NCBI RefSeq assembly: GCF_964355755.1
Contig: NC_092673.1
Span: 7,130,001 to 7,194,000 of the forward strand
Length of the DNA stretch: 64,000 nt
From: Antedon mediterranea
Lineage: Eukaryota; Animalia; Echinodermata
Direction: 5' to 3'
Within the stretch, counting starts at the first letter, position 1. Each line of letters opens with the position of its first letter. The position numbers were made by a program, and so were the translations under genes. This document shows, piece by piece, positions 51,606 to 64,000 of the stretch. Below the pieces are notes generated by a model. That model worked only from the letters and a program-made list of their open reading frames with translations, made no database searches and was not told where the DNA came from.

Positions 51606-51763
51606 CATCTAATACTGTAATGCGTACAGCAATAATCGGTTACTTTTTAACCGATTATCTATTTTGGTGATTTCGTTATTTCGTCATCTAATACTGTAAT
51701 GCGTACAGCAATAATCGGTTACTTTTTAACCGATTATCGATTTTGGTGATTTCGTTATTTCGT
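51606..51763. repeat. 79-bp tandem duplication
   Basis: 51606-51684 and 51685-51763 differ at one position seen; each holds a hairpin ATAATCGGTTA...TAACCGATTAT. Confidence 0.95.
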
Positions 51764-53454
51764 TATGTCCTGTTTCTACTGACCCCTATGATAGAGACGA
51801 AACGTCAGGAAATGGTAAAACAATTTGACTTATATAATTAATAATCGAATAATTAATTTAATTAATAATCGAATAATTAATTAAATTAATTAATCGAGTA
51901 TTCATTGGCAAACGACACATCAAGTTTTGGATACAATTATTTGGATACAATTATTTGTATCTATATACACACGACGAATAAGTATGAATTGTTTTGAATA
52001 GAAAACAACAATACCAATATAAAAATACGGCACACAAGAAACAATTGGCTAATGTTATATCCTGCACAATCCGGACATACCAATGAATTACTATTATACT
52101 AAGAACCTTGCTAAAATTCGAAGATTTACTTATTAACTCAAATCTTACAAGTCACCGAAGTAATAATTTCCTATTCCCGTGTAATGTTTAAAGAAACTAG
52201 TGAACGTGTTTGGTCACATATGTGTCAAGGTTGGTTTTACTAGTCGCATAGTTGTGATTTTCCCCCTCCAAAGTGCTGGTAACTCAGCAGCGCATCAGCA
52301 AGTTGGTATCGACCTAAGAAAAGTTCTTTATTGATTTCTTTTGTATTAATATTATGTGATTGATATCTGAACTCGGTCACGTGATTTTGCCGCTTTTTTG
52401 TATGTACATCCATGAGTGTCCTACTTTTAAATTCTTCCAGCTGAAGATTTCCTTTTCCAACAAGCGTTTTTCCATTTATTTAAAAACGTTGCCAATTTAT
52501 TTTAATGTATATAAAGCGGATTAAAAGCCATTTAGATGCACTATGCAAACATTTATTTGTATTAATGTTATCGACTATTTTGGCCCTACTACATTTTCAG
52601 CGGCCGAAATTCACAATATTCAAAGAAATCGAAGTTAAATTTGATAAAGCACAACTTATTTATCCGTGGATAAAGTTGGCCAATCATCATCACCATAGAT
52701 AAATATGCATTTTCCTACATAAAACAAAAGAAATATGAAAATGTATTAATTATAGAACTATTTGGATAACCATTTTATGTTGCCTTTGATAAAAAATAAT
52801 AATACGTCCAATCAAATGACGTCATTATTAGTAATAGCAATAATATCGTGACGAGATTGTATTGTTCTTATTGACAATTACGTGATTTAATTAGATTTTT
52901 AAAAATATTATTTTTATTAGACAGCATCAATGGTTGTGCTATAATTATAGTTCTAGAATGAAAACCTTTACAATTTCTTTTGTTTTATGTAAGATAAAAT
53001 GTATAACTATACTACAGTATAACTAACTGTGTCGCAGCATTAAGGTTTCGGTTTATGGTCTATGATACAATGCGAAAGATGTAGGCGATACATGCGATTT
53101 ATATACCCGAATATTCCTATTATTATTCCTGTTTCAGTAGGCCTACCGAGAATCGGGTGTACGTGTGATTGTGATGCCTAGAAAGTTGCAACATAACACG
53201 GAAAAATAACCATGGTTATGTGATTGGCAAGTTATTGTTGGGTGTTTGTGAAATAAATAAAATAAATAATTTAATTTGTCTCTCATGGCTAATTGTTCAT
53301 TAAATTTCCTACTGATTTTCTTTTTAGTTTCAGTTTCACAAATGGTGTGACTGTTCCCATACAAAAAAAAAACAAGGAGAAGCGATAATAAACAAGAAAT
53401 ATTTCTTACAAAAAACGCTGCTCGCTTATTAAAAAATGATTTTTTATGTCAAAT

Positions 53455-53680
53455 GTTTTTGAATGTGTCATTTTATTGTCACATAATAGTTATTTTACCT
53501 GAAAAAAATGTAATTTAAAGCAACAAATACTTAAATTGTCTGTCAGACAATGGTTTTGGGGTTTCTTTTCTCTTTTTATATGTGAATAAATATTATGTTT
53601 ATGTTTATGTTACAGAAGTGAATACTCAATTTCTGTCACTTTAGTTAATTTTATTGCTAAGGTCAAGTCTGGGGATCACT
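53455..53680 (+). mobile_element. Kolobok-like MITE family, degenerate copy
   Basis: CATTTTATTGTCACATAATAGTTATTTTACCTGAAAAAAATGTAATTTAAAGCAA...AAATTGTCTGTCAGACAATGG. Confidence 0.6.
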
Positions 53681-55342
53681 TCATCACCCTAGATATTTCA
53701 AGTGTGAAGTACAGTATCTTATTACAAACACAAACTTTAATGGACTCTTTCGATAATAATTCAATGAATATCTGACAGTGAATATACCAGAAATGCTTTG
53801 GGATTTGTAATTTTAGCATGACATGTCCTAATAGACTCTTTTCCCAGATGTTTTTTGGGTCTACTGTAGCAGCTGGAATCAATAAATTATAGTGGAGTTT
53901 CCATTTTCGCAAAACTGTCGTCCTTAGAACTATAACTGCTGCTTGCTTTAGCTTCTGATTGAGTAGTCCTAATGGGACGTAGCGGGCTAGAGCAGCAGCG
54001 TGAAAAAAACATTTGGAGACGAATTCAAATGGCCGGAGGAAACAAAAAGAATATAAACTTGGTTACATCAACAGCGCCACCACAAGTCATCTAAACGCCA
54101 ACTTTTTATGGCACGTGGTGTAAAAAAATTCTTATATCTATAAAATCGATAACATGTGTTTTTTTTATTATTTATTTATGTATTCTTTGATTATGTTTTA
54201 TTAACTAGCGCGATTAAACCTTTTGATCTTCGACACTCATTTCTTGAAGAATGTAAGTGTTAACCTGGTTATCGAGTAGTCAGGTCAGCCTGGGGCAAAT
54301 CAAACATACACACATGAGATTCAATAATGTTATTGAACTACTCGGATACTGTTTGATCATTCCTTTGTGTGGTGAGCATTTTATTGATGTTAACTGTTAA
54401 CATGTTTTATAAAAACCATTCTCCTCGCGAATACACATTATTAAAGTTTATTGAACAAAAACCAACACATTTGAACTTGATGTATTTCTGATCGTTCCGA
54501 TTTGTTAGGCGAAGCTTTAAAATGCAATTCTTGTAATAATCATGTGCGTTAAAAGAGAGATTATTCCATAGGCCAAGAGACACTTAATGTACAGGCGCGT
54601 ACAAATACGAGTACGGGTTGTATCAATGTTTTAACGCGTGTTTCATAATTTATCTTGATGTGTTCACTCGATTATCTGTAGTACTACTGTATTATGGCAT
54701 TGTCCAGTTAGCATAGCCAAATTATGTAACAAGCGCAACATAATTGTATGTGGCGCCTGTAATATATTACATCGGGGTTAATTAGGTACCGTATTTCTTG
54801 TGATACAGACGTCACATGTGATGCGTATGTGGCACCGTATCACCGAATTTCCATATAACACTGGACAAATTATAAATACTGTACAGTACCGAGAATCGAC
54901 TACTGTGTCAATGAAAACTACCACCAAATTCAAAATTAACATATTTTGAAACTTATTTCGAAAATTGATGGTAACAACGGTAATTTTAATAAAGTCATAT
55001 TAACTTCACTACAAAATTACCGAAGCAGTCAACTTCCATAAGCGGTATGATTCGATATGACGTAATGTCAATAAAAACAATTTAATTAATTAATTAATTA
55101 ATTAATTAAGTACCTCATTTTGATTAAATATTACTATATATTAATCATATTCAATTATTGTATATTATCCTTCGAACTAACTCATTTACAAATAGGTACC
55201 GTAAGGTCACAAATAGTTTATAATAATATAATGGGTTGTTTTTCAGTACTGAGATTAGGTACGGACAATACAAAATACTGTGGTTAATAGAGCACTGGAC
55301 TTAGTAATCTTTTGTAAGTAAGTGTATTATTATATTACTCAC

Positions 55343-55495
55343 CATCGATATAAGTCTTAATCCAGTTGTTTGCCAGCCTGAAACAGGACGTTCAAGTTCC
55401 AAGAAAGTATATCCATACACCCACTGCTCTTTTGCTCCGGGTGTGAAAATGTTGTGATTTAATTCCTCTACGATGTCACTTGACACTGACAATAA
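55343..55495 (-). CDS. Candidate isolated 153-nt symmetric exon, unknown product
   Basis: AT-rich acceptor ...AATTATAG, 51 open codons (LLSVSSDIVEELNHNIFTPGAKEQWVYGYTFLELERPVSGWQTTGLRLISM), consensus donor ATG/GTGAGT, higher GC than flanks. No family recognised and no partner exon found. Confidence 0.25.
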
Positions 55496-55863
55496 CTATA
55501 ATTAATAATAAATAATCGGTTTAATCTTTACTAAAAAAAGATCATGCTTTATTAAAAAATTAAAATCATTTAAGTCACCTTCATCGTCATCAAAACAAAA
55601 GCAATGGTCTATGTTATAATGTTGATTTTTCCCAAGGGACCAAAAGTTAATTATTAGGATGCCACACCCGATAATTATTCGTGAATGTTTAGAGGAGAGT
55701 TCTATCAATATACAAAATATTATACAGTACAACTAAAAATACGTCAGAGTAGGAAAAACATCTGACCAATTACACTATTTCAAATTGCGATTTCATTAGT
55801 TACGTGCAGTTACGATGACCATGACAGTGCTATGGTGTGTATAGTCCGACTCGTAGCGGTATA

Positions 55864-55962
55864 TACCAGGGACGAGTGAAATTAATTTCACACTTAATTC
55901 ACTGGGTATACAAAGTTGGTGTTCAGAGTAAATTAAAAAGTAAAATTCACTCTTCGCTGGTA
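55864..55962. mobile_element. Small inverted-repeat element
   Basis: TACCAGGGACGAGTGAAATT / AAATTCACTCTTCGCTGGTA; the same left end (TACCAGGGAAGAGTGAAATTAATTTCAC) recurs at ~47267-47294. Confidence 0.55.
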
Positions 55963-58671
55963 TTAATAAACAAAATCAATTAATGAATCTCATCTTTTAA
56001 TCATGTTTTTTATTATTATTATTATTATTATTAATAATAATTTATTGGAAAGCTTTATACATTTTCCATTGTATTTTAATGTATTGCCCAGTACAAATCA
56101 AAGTCTCTAAATGACCGTTGGTACATAACAGACAATGTTGATTTATGTAATTAACTTTTTAAAAAGACACTTTTCTGTAACGAAGGAAAGGTAATACTTA
56201 ATTATATTTTAAACTATGACCAATTCAAGGGACGCACCTATTAAGGAGACACTTAGTCGGGTCCTTGGTGTGTCCCTTTAATAAATAGAGGTTACTCTAA
56301 CATAAATCACGAAAGGGCGCCACCTAACTCTACCACTCGAGAAACTAAAACGCGCCCCAATTTCTCTATTATTGACACAGCACCACACAGTGACCCTGGT
56401 ATTTTGTTGTACAGAACAGTATTATTATTTTTCTAAATCGAATCTCATCTATTGACCATTCAGTTTGACCATTACAAACATAATGAAGTTTATGTTTCGA
56501 ACCAAGGCCATCGGTTCAATAGATCCGATCATGGATAACATAGCATGTAAAATCAGAACCATTTCGATCACGTGATTACATGTTTATCATGATAGACTAC
56601 TATACATTCAAGTCATTATTATTATAATTCGTTGTCTTGTAAATTTAAAAAGATTACCGTGATTGTAGGTAAATCTGATTACCCGAGTTGCTATGGCACT
56701 ACATTTGCTTAAATGGAATCTACATCTAATGGGTCCGACTATTACGTAATACGCAGACAATTAAAATACGCGCAATTACAATGCCGGAAAAAATGTTATC
56801 TTTACGCAATGTCCAAAGTCTGTTTCAAATTATCTCTATGTTCTTTCTACACTCCAATATAAAAATAAGATAGTTCAAATATAATCTATTTAGTTGTTTT
56901 TTCAGACATCCAAAGATGTTTTTCTTTTTTTTTTTTTAAGTTGATTAATTCCAGCTTTAAGTTTGTTTTAATTTGAAATTAATAAATCTTATACCAATGA
57001 ATGTGTTGCTTTTATGGAATAGCCCAGTTGGTCAAGGGGCTAGATCATGTTCGTATAAAATAAAATCAATTCGCACCGAAAACAAATATTAGACCCAATC
57101 TTAATGATATAATGTTGCTGCTTGTTGTTTTGTCTTGCACTTACAATGTGTTGTCTGAGTTAGGATGATTTTATAAGGAAAACGAAAAATTCTAAACGAA
57201 ATAGCCTAATGACAAAGTATCTGGCAGATAATAAGCAAAACATACAAATAAATCATTATCATTAAATCATAACATTACACACCAAAAAGAAAAAATAACC
57301 TCATGGAATTAATATACTTAAGATAAGATAAATTTATTGAACAAACGATTTTGTATCACTATCAGCGGCACACGTTTATTTACAAGACAATGTAAAAACA
57401 AAAAGAAAAGTAGTAAAAATAACATTTAAGTAAAATGAAATAGTAAAACAAGGTAATCTTACAGATCGAACAATACTTAACCTATATGATGGAGTTACGT
57501 TATTATCTATTTTTTATCAGTATTATCAAAATTTTCAAGTTTAAAGCGAATATTATCATTATTATTATTTAAAAAAATATAATTGATAATTAATTTTATT
57601 ATACTGTTCTTATTAAAATAAATGCAACTGTTATATGATTATTTGTTCTTATTATATTTCATTTTAATAGTTATTTGTAATTTAATTAATTGTGATACTG
57701 TTTTTATTATACTATATAGTCTTATTTTTAGTACTGTATTATTTATTTTATTTGGATTTAGGTTAGTTATTAAAGCACGTATGTAACGTATGTGAACGCA
57801 ACTCTCACTTATGAAAGACCTAGTTGACCTTGGGTATTTTTATACCTCCATGATCGCATCCGCCATTTTGACGCCGTATTCTTCCTACGAGATGTATTAC
57901 AAATATGCTATTTATGTTATATAGAATTAAGTATACAATATTCTTCAATTTACATTCATATTTAATGTGAGTTACATAAATATATAATCCTATCAGCCAA
58001 GTGTTTCAACCAAAAACATTTACAACAATTAAGGTTTAGGGGCAAAGAAACAAGTTCTGATGAGATGATGTGACACATGCTAGTAATTCCTTAAAAATAT
58101 ATAATTGAAATATAGTCGATAAACAAGCATGGAGCATATTTTACCGCAGGGTTTTATTAAGATAATAAAATATTAAATAGCATGCATTAATATTAAAGAA
58201 ATTAAATTGGGCTAATTTGAGATATAAGGCGTATACATCCTAAGTGAGGGAGCATAAGAGCATAAACAAAAATATGTTATCATTAAAAATAACGAAAGAT
58301 ATAACAATAATTGATAACAATATAGAATTAAGAACGTTTATCATTTACAATTTAATATTTTGTGTGTAACGTTTATCGAAATTCGATAATATGTGGCAAG
58401 TCTAAATATATTTTGTTGCATGATATACTCGTTCAATGTCCAGTTTGTAAACAACCGTATACGCATTCTAACTATTCGTGTTTATATTCATATTTATTTT
58501 TTATACCCTATGGTCAATAATGTTTATCGATATTGAATATCTGTAAACAAAATTAACATAACAATTCGGTTGTATTTTCATTTGTAATTACATTTTTCTC
58601 TACGGAAACGACCGTGCGACCGATGTAAAGTTGGGTCTATGCAGAGAAGAACCGTACTTTATACCCTTCTT

Positions 58672-58900
58672 CATAGGACACCCTATTCAAGGGACATACC
58701 TATTCAGGGGACACTTTACCGTGAAACGAAGTGGAAAATAATTAGGTTTTTTACAGTCACAACACATACAAGTGACACCCCTATTCAGTGGACACTTTCC
58801 TGTGAAACGAAGAGGAAAATATGGGGGTTTTGTTAGTCAGGTCAACAACTACTATTAAAAAGACAGTTCGTTGGATCCTCTAAAGGTGTCCCTTAACGAG
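58672..58900. mobile_element. GGGGACAC / CCCTATT MITE family copy with internal duplication
   Basis: CCTATTCAG(G/T)GGACACTTT..(C/T)GTGAAACGAAG.GGAAAATA present twice (~58699-58740 and ~58779-58821). Confidence 0.6.
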
Positions 58901-61900
58901 ATGACCAGTAATCCATTATCATCATCATCATACGTGTACCCAGTATATTTACCAACTTTTCCACTCGATCATAATGAAAAACAACTGTTAATTATGTATT
59001 TTGGTGAATAAATGAAAGTTTAAACTGCAACACTAATTCAATTACACTGAAATAATTATATAACAACACCTGAAACCGTTCTATTCACAGTTGTATTCAC
59101 TCTATTGTTTAGGTGAATTAAAGGTATTTAAATAAATGAATTAAACAGAAACCCGTTACTTACCGTTATAATAATAGTGGACTCAATTTATAAATAAAAT
59201 TGGCAGTAATAAAATAAAATGAATGACATAATATTAGTCCAATGACATAGAAAGAGGCTTAAAAACATTATTTTTTACATCTAATTCTAATACAGTAAAC
59301 TCAATAACAACCATGGAGAAAATCCTCCATCCAGTAACCTAGCAACAAGCACTTGTGTGTTCGATTGAAAAACAAAATCAAATTTTCTTTAATAAACCAT
59401 TTTTAATAAAATAAAATAAAAAGCACTCGTTTGCTTATTATTTTTACAGGGCAATGTGATTTGTTTTGTTTGTTTTTGTTTGTTTGGTTTTTTTTGCTTT
59501 CATATTTGCATTCATATTTAATTGATATTGAAGGTACCGTATATAATTATCAAATTATTAAAGACAGATAAAACTTTAATTCGTCAGAATGTATAGGTGA
59601 TTTATATTTCTGTTCATTTTGAAACTCTATTTGACATTCGTTTATAAAATTTATGAAATTATACTCTGGTTTTTATAAGCACATAATTAAATTTAAATAC
59701 ATTTAAAATAAAAATGATCACAACTTTTATGACAATCCATATTCATTAAAATTGAACTAATTGTTGCTGAATAAAACCCCCTAATATAAGGAGTCCCCTT
59801 AATATAGAGGCCCGTTGTTGTCCCAAAGTGACCCAACAGCCCTTTTTAATATAAGGGGTGTCCTCAAATAGTGGTTGGCCATGTGTTAAATGACACTGCC
59901 CGTCCGACGTTTCAATGGAAAGTTTCCCCACCCCCACCTTATTAGGAGTGTCCCCTCAATAGGGGTGTCCCATCGGATTAGGGGTGTCCCAAAATCGATA
60001 TTCTACTTAATAAAATACTACCAAGCTGAAATAACCAGACATACGGACTGGTTTTTAAACGATAAACGATTTTATTTTTGAATTCATATTTGTGAATAAC
60101 TAAGTTAGGCTAATCGAAAATGGACATGGATTTTAAAAAAACAAACGTGATAATTGACCAAAATATTAGGACGTAGGTATAAAAACGAAAATATGTTAGC
60201 AAATATTTTAATATACATAATAATATTATTACTGTTTAAAACATTCAATATTCATAATCAAATGTTTTTATTATATAAGTGTGTGAAGTTGGTTGGAAAT
60301 ACGATTATATTTTATTGAGGTTTTTTTTAAGCCCAGCTGCTTAGACATGCGTTTCCCCCCATCCTTCTCCCTAGAGCCACGCCTGGCTACGGCAGTATTA
60401 GGCCTATCTTAAATAATTTGTCGCCATACAGTTAAGTACATGAGCCATTATGTTAATTCCAATGTGTTTCTGAGGTAAATAATAACTACTTAGGCCTAAT
60501 TGATTATTAATGAACACTTGGAAAGCATGAAGAACAAAATCAATAGATAGAAGTTGGCTTTTCCAAGGCCAATACTTTTTATGTAAAATATTGTTTATTT
60601 ACACTGTAGTATATACAATATTTATCAACAACACCTTTAAATCACCCATTTCAGTGACTTTGAACTATAAGTTAAATGTTTAAGCTAAATTTTGTTTTTA
60701 TTTAGCTAGTTTTATTTAGTCTTCATTTTGTTCAATATTTTAGCTAGTTTTATTTATTATTTTTATTTTATTTATTTATATTATTGTGTTCAATATTGCT
60801 AAATTTATTTTTCATTTTCTTAAATAATTTTGCTAGAACTTTCATTTTGATATTGTTTATTGCTTAAATGTGTAGCCGAAATGTGTAGCATAAATTTTGG
60901 ATGATGACATGACAAAAAAAATATTAAATGAAAAAAAAAGCTAAAACATTAAAAACAAAATGCATTGCATACCACAGTAACATCTTTCTTTTGGGGCATT
61001 TCTAGTCAGAAGCAACCCTTATCAAAAAGGGATACTTTGTTGGGTAACTGAAGGAAGAAGGGGATATTAACATAAAGCTGTATGTTCTTGGACAACCCGT
61101 CCGTAGAATCCTCTAGACCCAAGTAAGTAAGTAGATGCCAGTTTCGAAAGTTATCATTTATTTAGCCACAACATTATAAACAAAATGTACATGAAAACAG
61201 AACAAAATCAATAAGGCAGGATGACCCAATTGCTATATATCAAAAATAGCATAACAAAAGTGCATAAACAGCATATTACATTATGCAATATATGCCAGGA
61301 TGAGAAAAGTTCGCATCTGAAGGCAAACCAAAAGGTAGCTGCGGCTATAGGGACAAGGGGTTATGGTGGTGATTTTCTTCCTGAATTGTTCTCCGAGGCA
61401 AGACACAGAAATAAGCTTACAATATTAATGTGAACACTTTAAAGGGGCCTTACCCGTAATTTATAGTGAAATCTGCCAATATGAAACTTATTGTAGCACC
61501 ACGATAAACGTTTGTGATATAGTACATAAAGCATTGCCCATGGATTATGTCACCACTCTGTCCGTGTTCGTATCACCGCCATTAGCCAACCTATTTTGCA
61601 TATTTTCCAACCGTTTGTCGTTTCACCGGCTGGACAATTGATGTTACGTAACATTGCGTAACGATTGTAGAACAGCGTGTTTGGTAATAATGAATGGTAT
61701 ACCCGGGATAAACACACGCTCATGTTTAGCATGGTAAACTGAACGAACAATAGCGACGTGAGCTGTTTGTAAATCTCCAATCAATATTAATTATCAAAAA
61801 TTCTATATATTGTGATACTGCAAAAATGAGTTTATAGAGAGTCACATTTTAGTAATACTTTCTTACTAAATTATATATTAATCTGTTTGTATTGAATTAT

Positions 61901-62349
61901 AGCGGTTTTTTAATTATAGATGAAGCTCCATACTTCTCGAGTTTTCTCGTTTACAATACCGTAAATATTCGATGATTTCCAGCTATACCCTTCTCGCTAG
62001 GCGAATCTAGAAGTATTAATATGCAGAGGAAGGGGAGGATTGGCTGGTGCAGGCTAAGGCACGAACTAAATATGAGGGGATGTATAAATTATATTCTTGC
62101 GTGACATTATAACATAATAAACCAATTTCAGGAGTAGAGTTATACACAAAAATCATTAAGTTTAGTTAGTAAAGGGGTTGAACTTTGGCGTGATATACCT
62201 GAGACTCTTAAGTTACTTAAGAATCCTATAACTTTTAAAATAAAATACAAAAATAAATTACTTTTGCAATACTCTGATTAGAACAGTTTTTTTTTTTATC
62301 TTTTTTCTTTTTACAATTACATCTTACTCTCTGAGAAATCTTTTTTTTT

Positions 62350-62584
62350 TAAGATAAAGAAAAAAAAAGAAACTTTCTTAAAAGTTACATTTTGTTTGCC
62401 TATGCCGTTGTGCCTTTGTTTCATATTACTATTTATAAACTGTTTTGTAACAGGGGGTTTCTACTTATAAGCTGTGCTTCAGAGATTCCCCCTTTCCATT
62501 CTTTCATTTTTGTAATGAACATTTATGTATGTTAATGGTTTTATTTTGTTGTGAATGGAAATAAAGAAACAAACAACAACAAAC
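62350..62584 (+). mobile_element. Probable 3' UTR of an L2/Crack-group LINE
   Basis: GGGGG...TATAAGC.GTGCTT...CCCCC stem region, T-rich tract, GGAAATAAA followed by a (AAAC/AAC)n tail. Confidence 0.5.
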
Positions 62585-64000
62585 ACGTTTACCAGCGTGT
62601 TTTAGATAATCCAAATTTGACCATTTCGTTTTATCAACCCGTACGATATTTCTTATGACTAAGCCAATTTTTGTTATTCCAACTCAGGGGAGGGTGGGCA
62701 AAGTCTTCATATTCTCTCTTCGTTTACATTTAATAGGTCGACCTGCCTGGTCCCCTGCACTCCTCTAATTCCCGGTTCCTTCTGCCGTCTTCCACACTGT
62801 TGAACAGAATAACGAAAACCGGAACCAATTATTAAACAAACGTATCTGTATGATTTCACTAGTATAGTTTCTGTGAATGATTGCACTAAATTCTCATTTA
62901 TTATGTTTTTTAATTCGTTCTAAATGAAGATTTAAAAATAAAAAATATACTTTGATCCCGAAATGGATGTAATGTATTTGAAAACCACATTGTAAAATTC
63001 TTCACTCTCCAATCATGGAGATTTACATCTCTGTTCTCCAATAATAGAGGAACTCATGCTCCAACCATGGAGATAGCTCCAGGTGATATTCGTATTCGTA
63101 CTATAATAATATAGTTTATACTGTGTTTATAACGCTTTTAAGATATGTATCAGGGCCTATTTTTGAGACACAAATGTGACAGTTAGCAATCAAAGTATAC
63201 GGTAGAGTTAATCGGTATTTCATCATTTCAACTATAGTCATAAGTTTCTAAAATGCAACAACAGGAAAATAAAGTGTTTTCATCTGGTTTTATATTAATA
63301 TCTGTATACGGTTCACGTTAAAACAGTAATTAAATACACACACGTAACGTATTTACGTACTGGTTTAATTAAAGAATTATTGGAAAATAAAATGAAAATG
63401 GGGTTTTTTTTATGGATCATCGCATTATACCGGTAACAATATAATTTATTCCATTGGTTGGATTGGTACCGCCCAATATTTAACCAATATAGGCCTAGTA
63501 CATAAAATACAATAATATTTATAGTTTCCATTGATTTGTTTGTATGTTCAGACTTGCGAAGTACATGTTATTGTTATAATAGAATAGATAGAATTAAATG
63601 GGAATAATGAATTTCACTCTAAATCAATCCTTCTATCATGTTCCAAGTTTGAGAAAATTTTCAAACAATTGGCATGCAGGCTGTATACTCTTTCTTTTTT
63701 ATGGATGGCTGTTAATATAATATTATGGTATATCATTTCATTTTTCTTCATTCATGCCAATAAAATGTTACATAACAGACAGCTGTAGGTTGAAATGCTT
63801 AAAAGACACTTTAAAAGAACATGACACGGATTTCCTTAATGTCATTTGATAATATTCAATGTGATGATGAGATTCAAGTTTTGAGTCACTCAAAACCGTT
63901 TACGATAATATCGTAAACTGTTTTACGTTTTTCATACGGGGCGCCGTCCAAAACATTTTTGTTTATATTTTCCATGGCACACAACCATTTGCATCATCAA

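Noticed and set aside
51835-51900. AT-only palindromic tracts (also 55080-55110)
   Set aside because: Low-complexity (AATT/TAAT)n slippage products.
53676-53912. 78-aa minus-strand ORF
   Set aside because: No ATG start, no clear splice signals and no recognisable motif.
57858-57872. YY1-like CCGCCATTTT motif (similar ones near 36318 and 50667)
   Set aside because: Isolated short motifs with no supporting promoter or gene evidence; common in repeat interiors.

Overview
AT-rich eukaryotic (animal) genomic DNA, probably an invertebrate deuterostome such as an echinoderm (inference from gene sequence and repeat landscape). The only confident host gene is the 3' part of a GCNF/NR6A nuclear receptor (+ strand, exons 10055-10739 and 11222-11520); its DNA-binding exons were not found and presumably lie upstream of the window. 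The upstream intron holds two 5'-truncated L1/Tx1-type LINE insertions with target-site duplications. One of them carries two nested Helentron-type non-autonomous (DINE-1/HINE-like) elements and ends about 35 nt from the exon start. The remaining ~52 kb has no confident gene and contains MITE families, LINE 3' ends, a MULE-like foldback element, a ~240-bp palindrome and several tandem arrays. The most unusual signal is a dense record of apparent DNA-transposon excision scars. TAGGCCTA occurs at least 39 times by eye versus about 0.5 expected, and comparing repeat copies inside the window shows it, TACCGTA/TACGGTA and TACTGTA replacing a single TA. Separately, tiny CA(T/A)GGAG...CTCCATG palindromes flanked by 7-bp duplications look like P-element-type footprints. 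All counts and alignments were made by eye; protein comparisons are from memory, with no database search.
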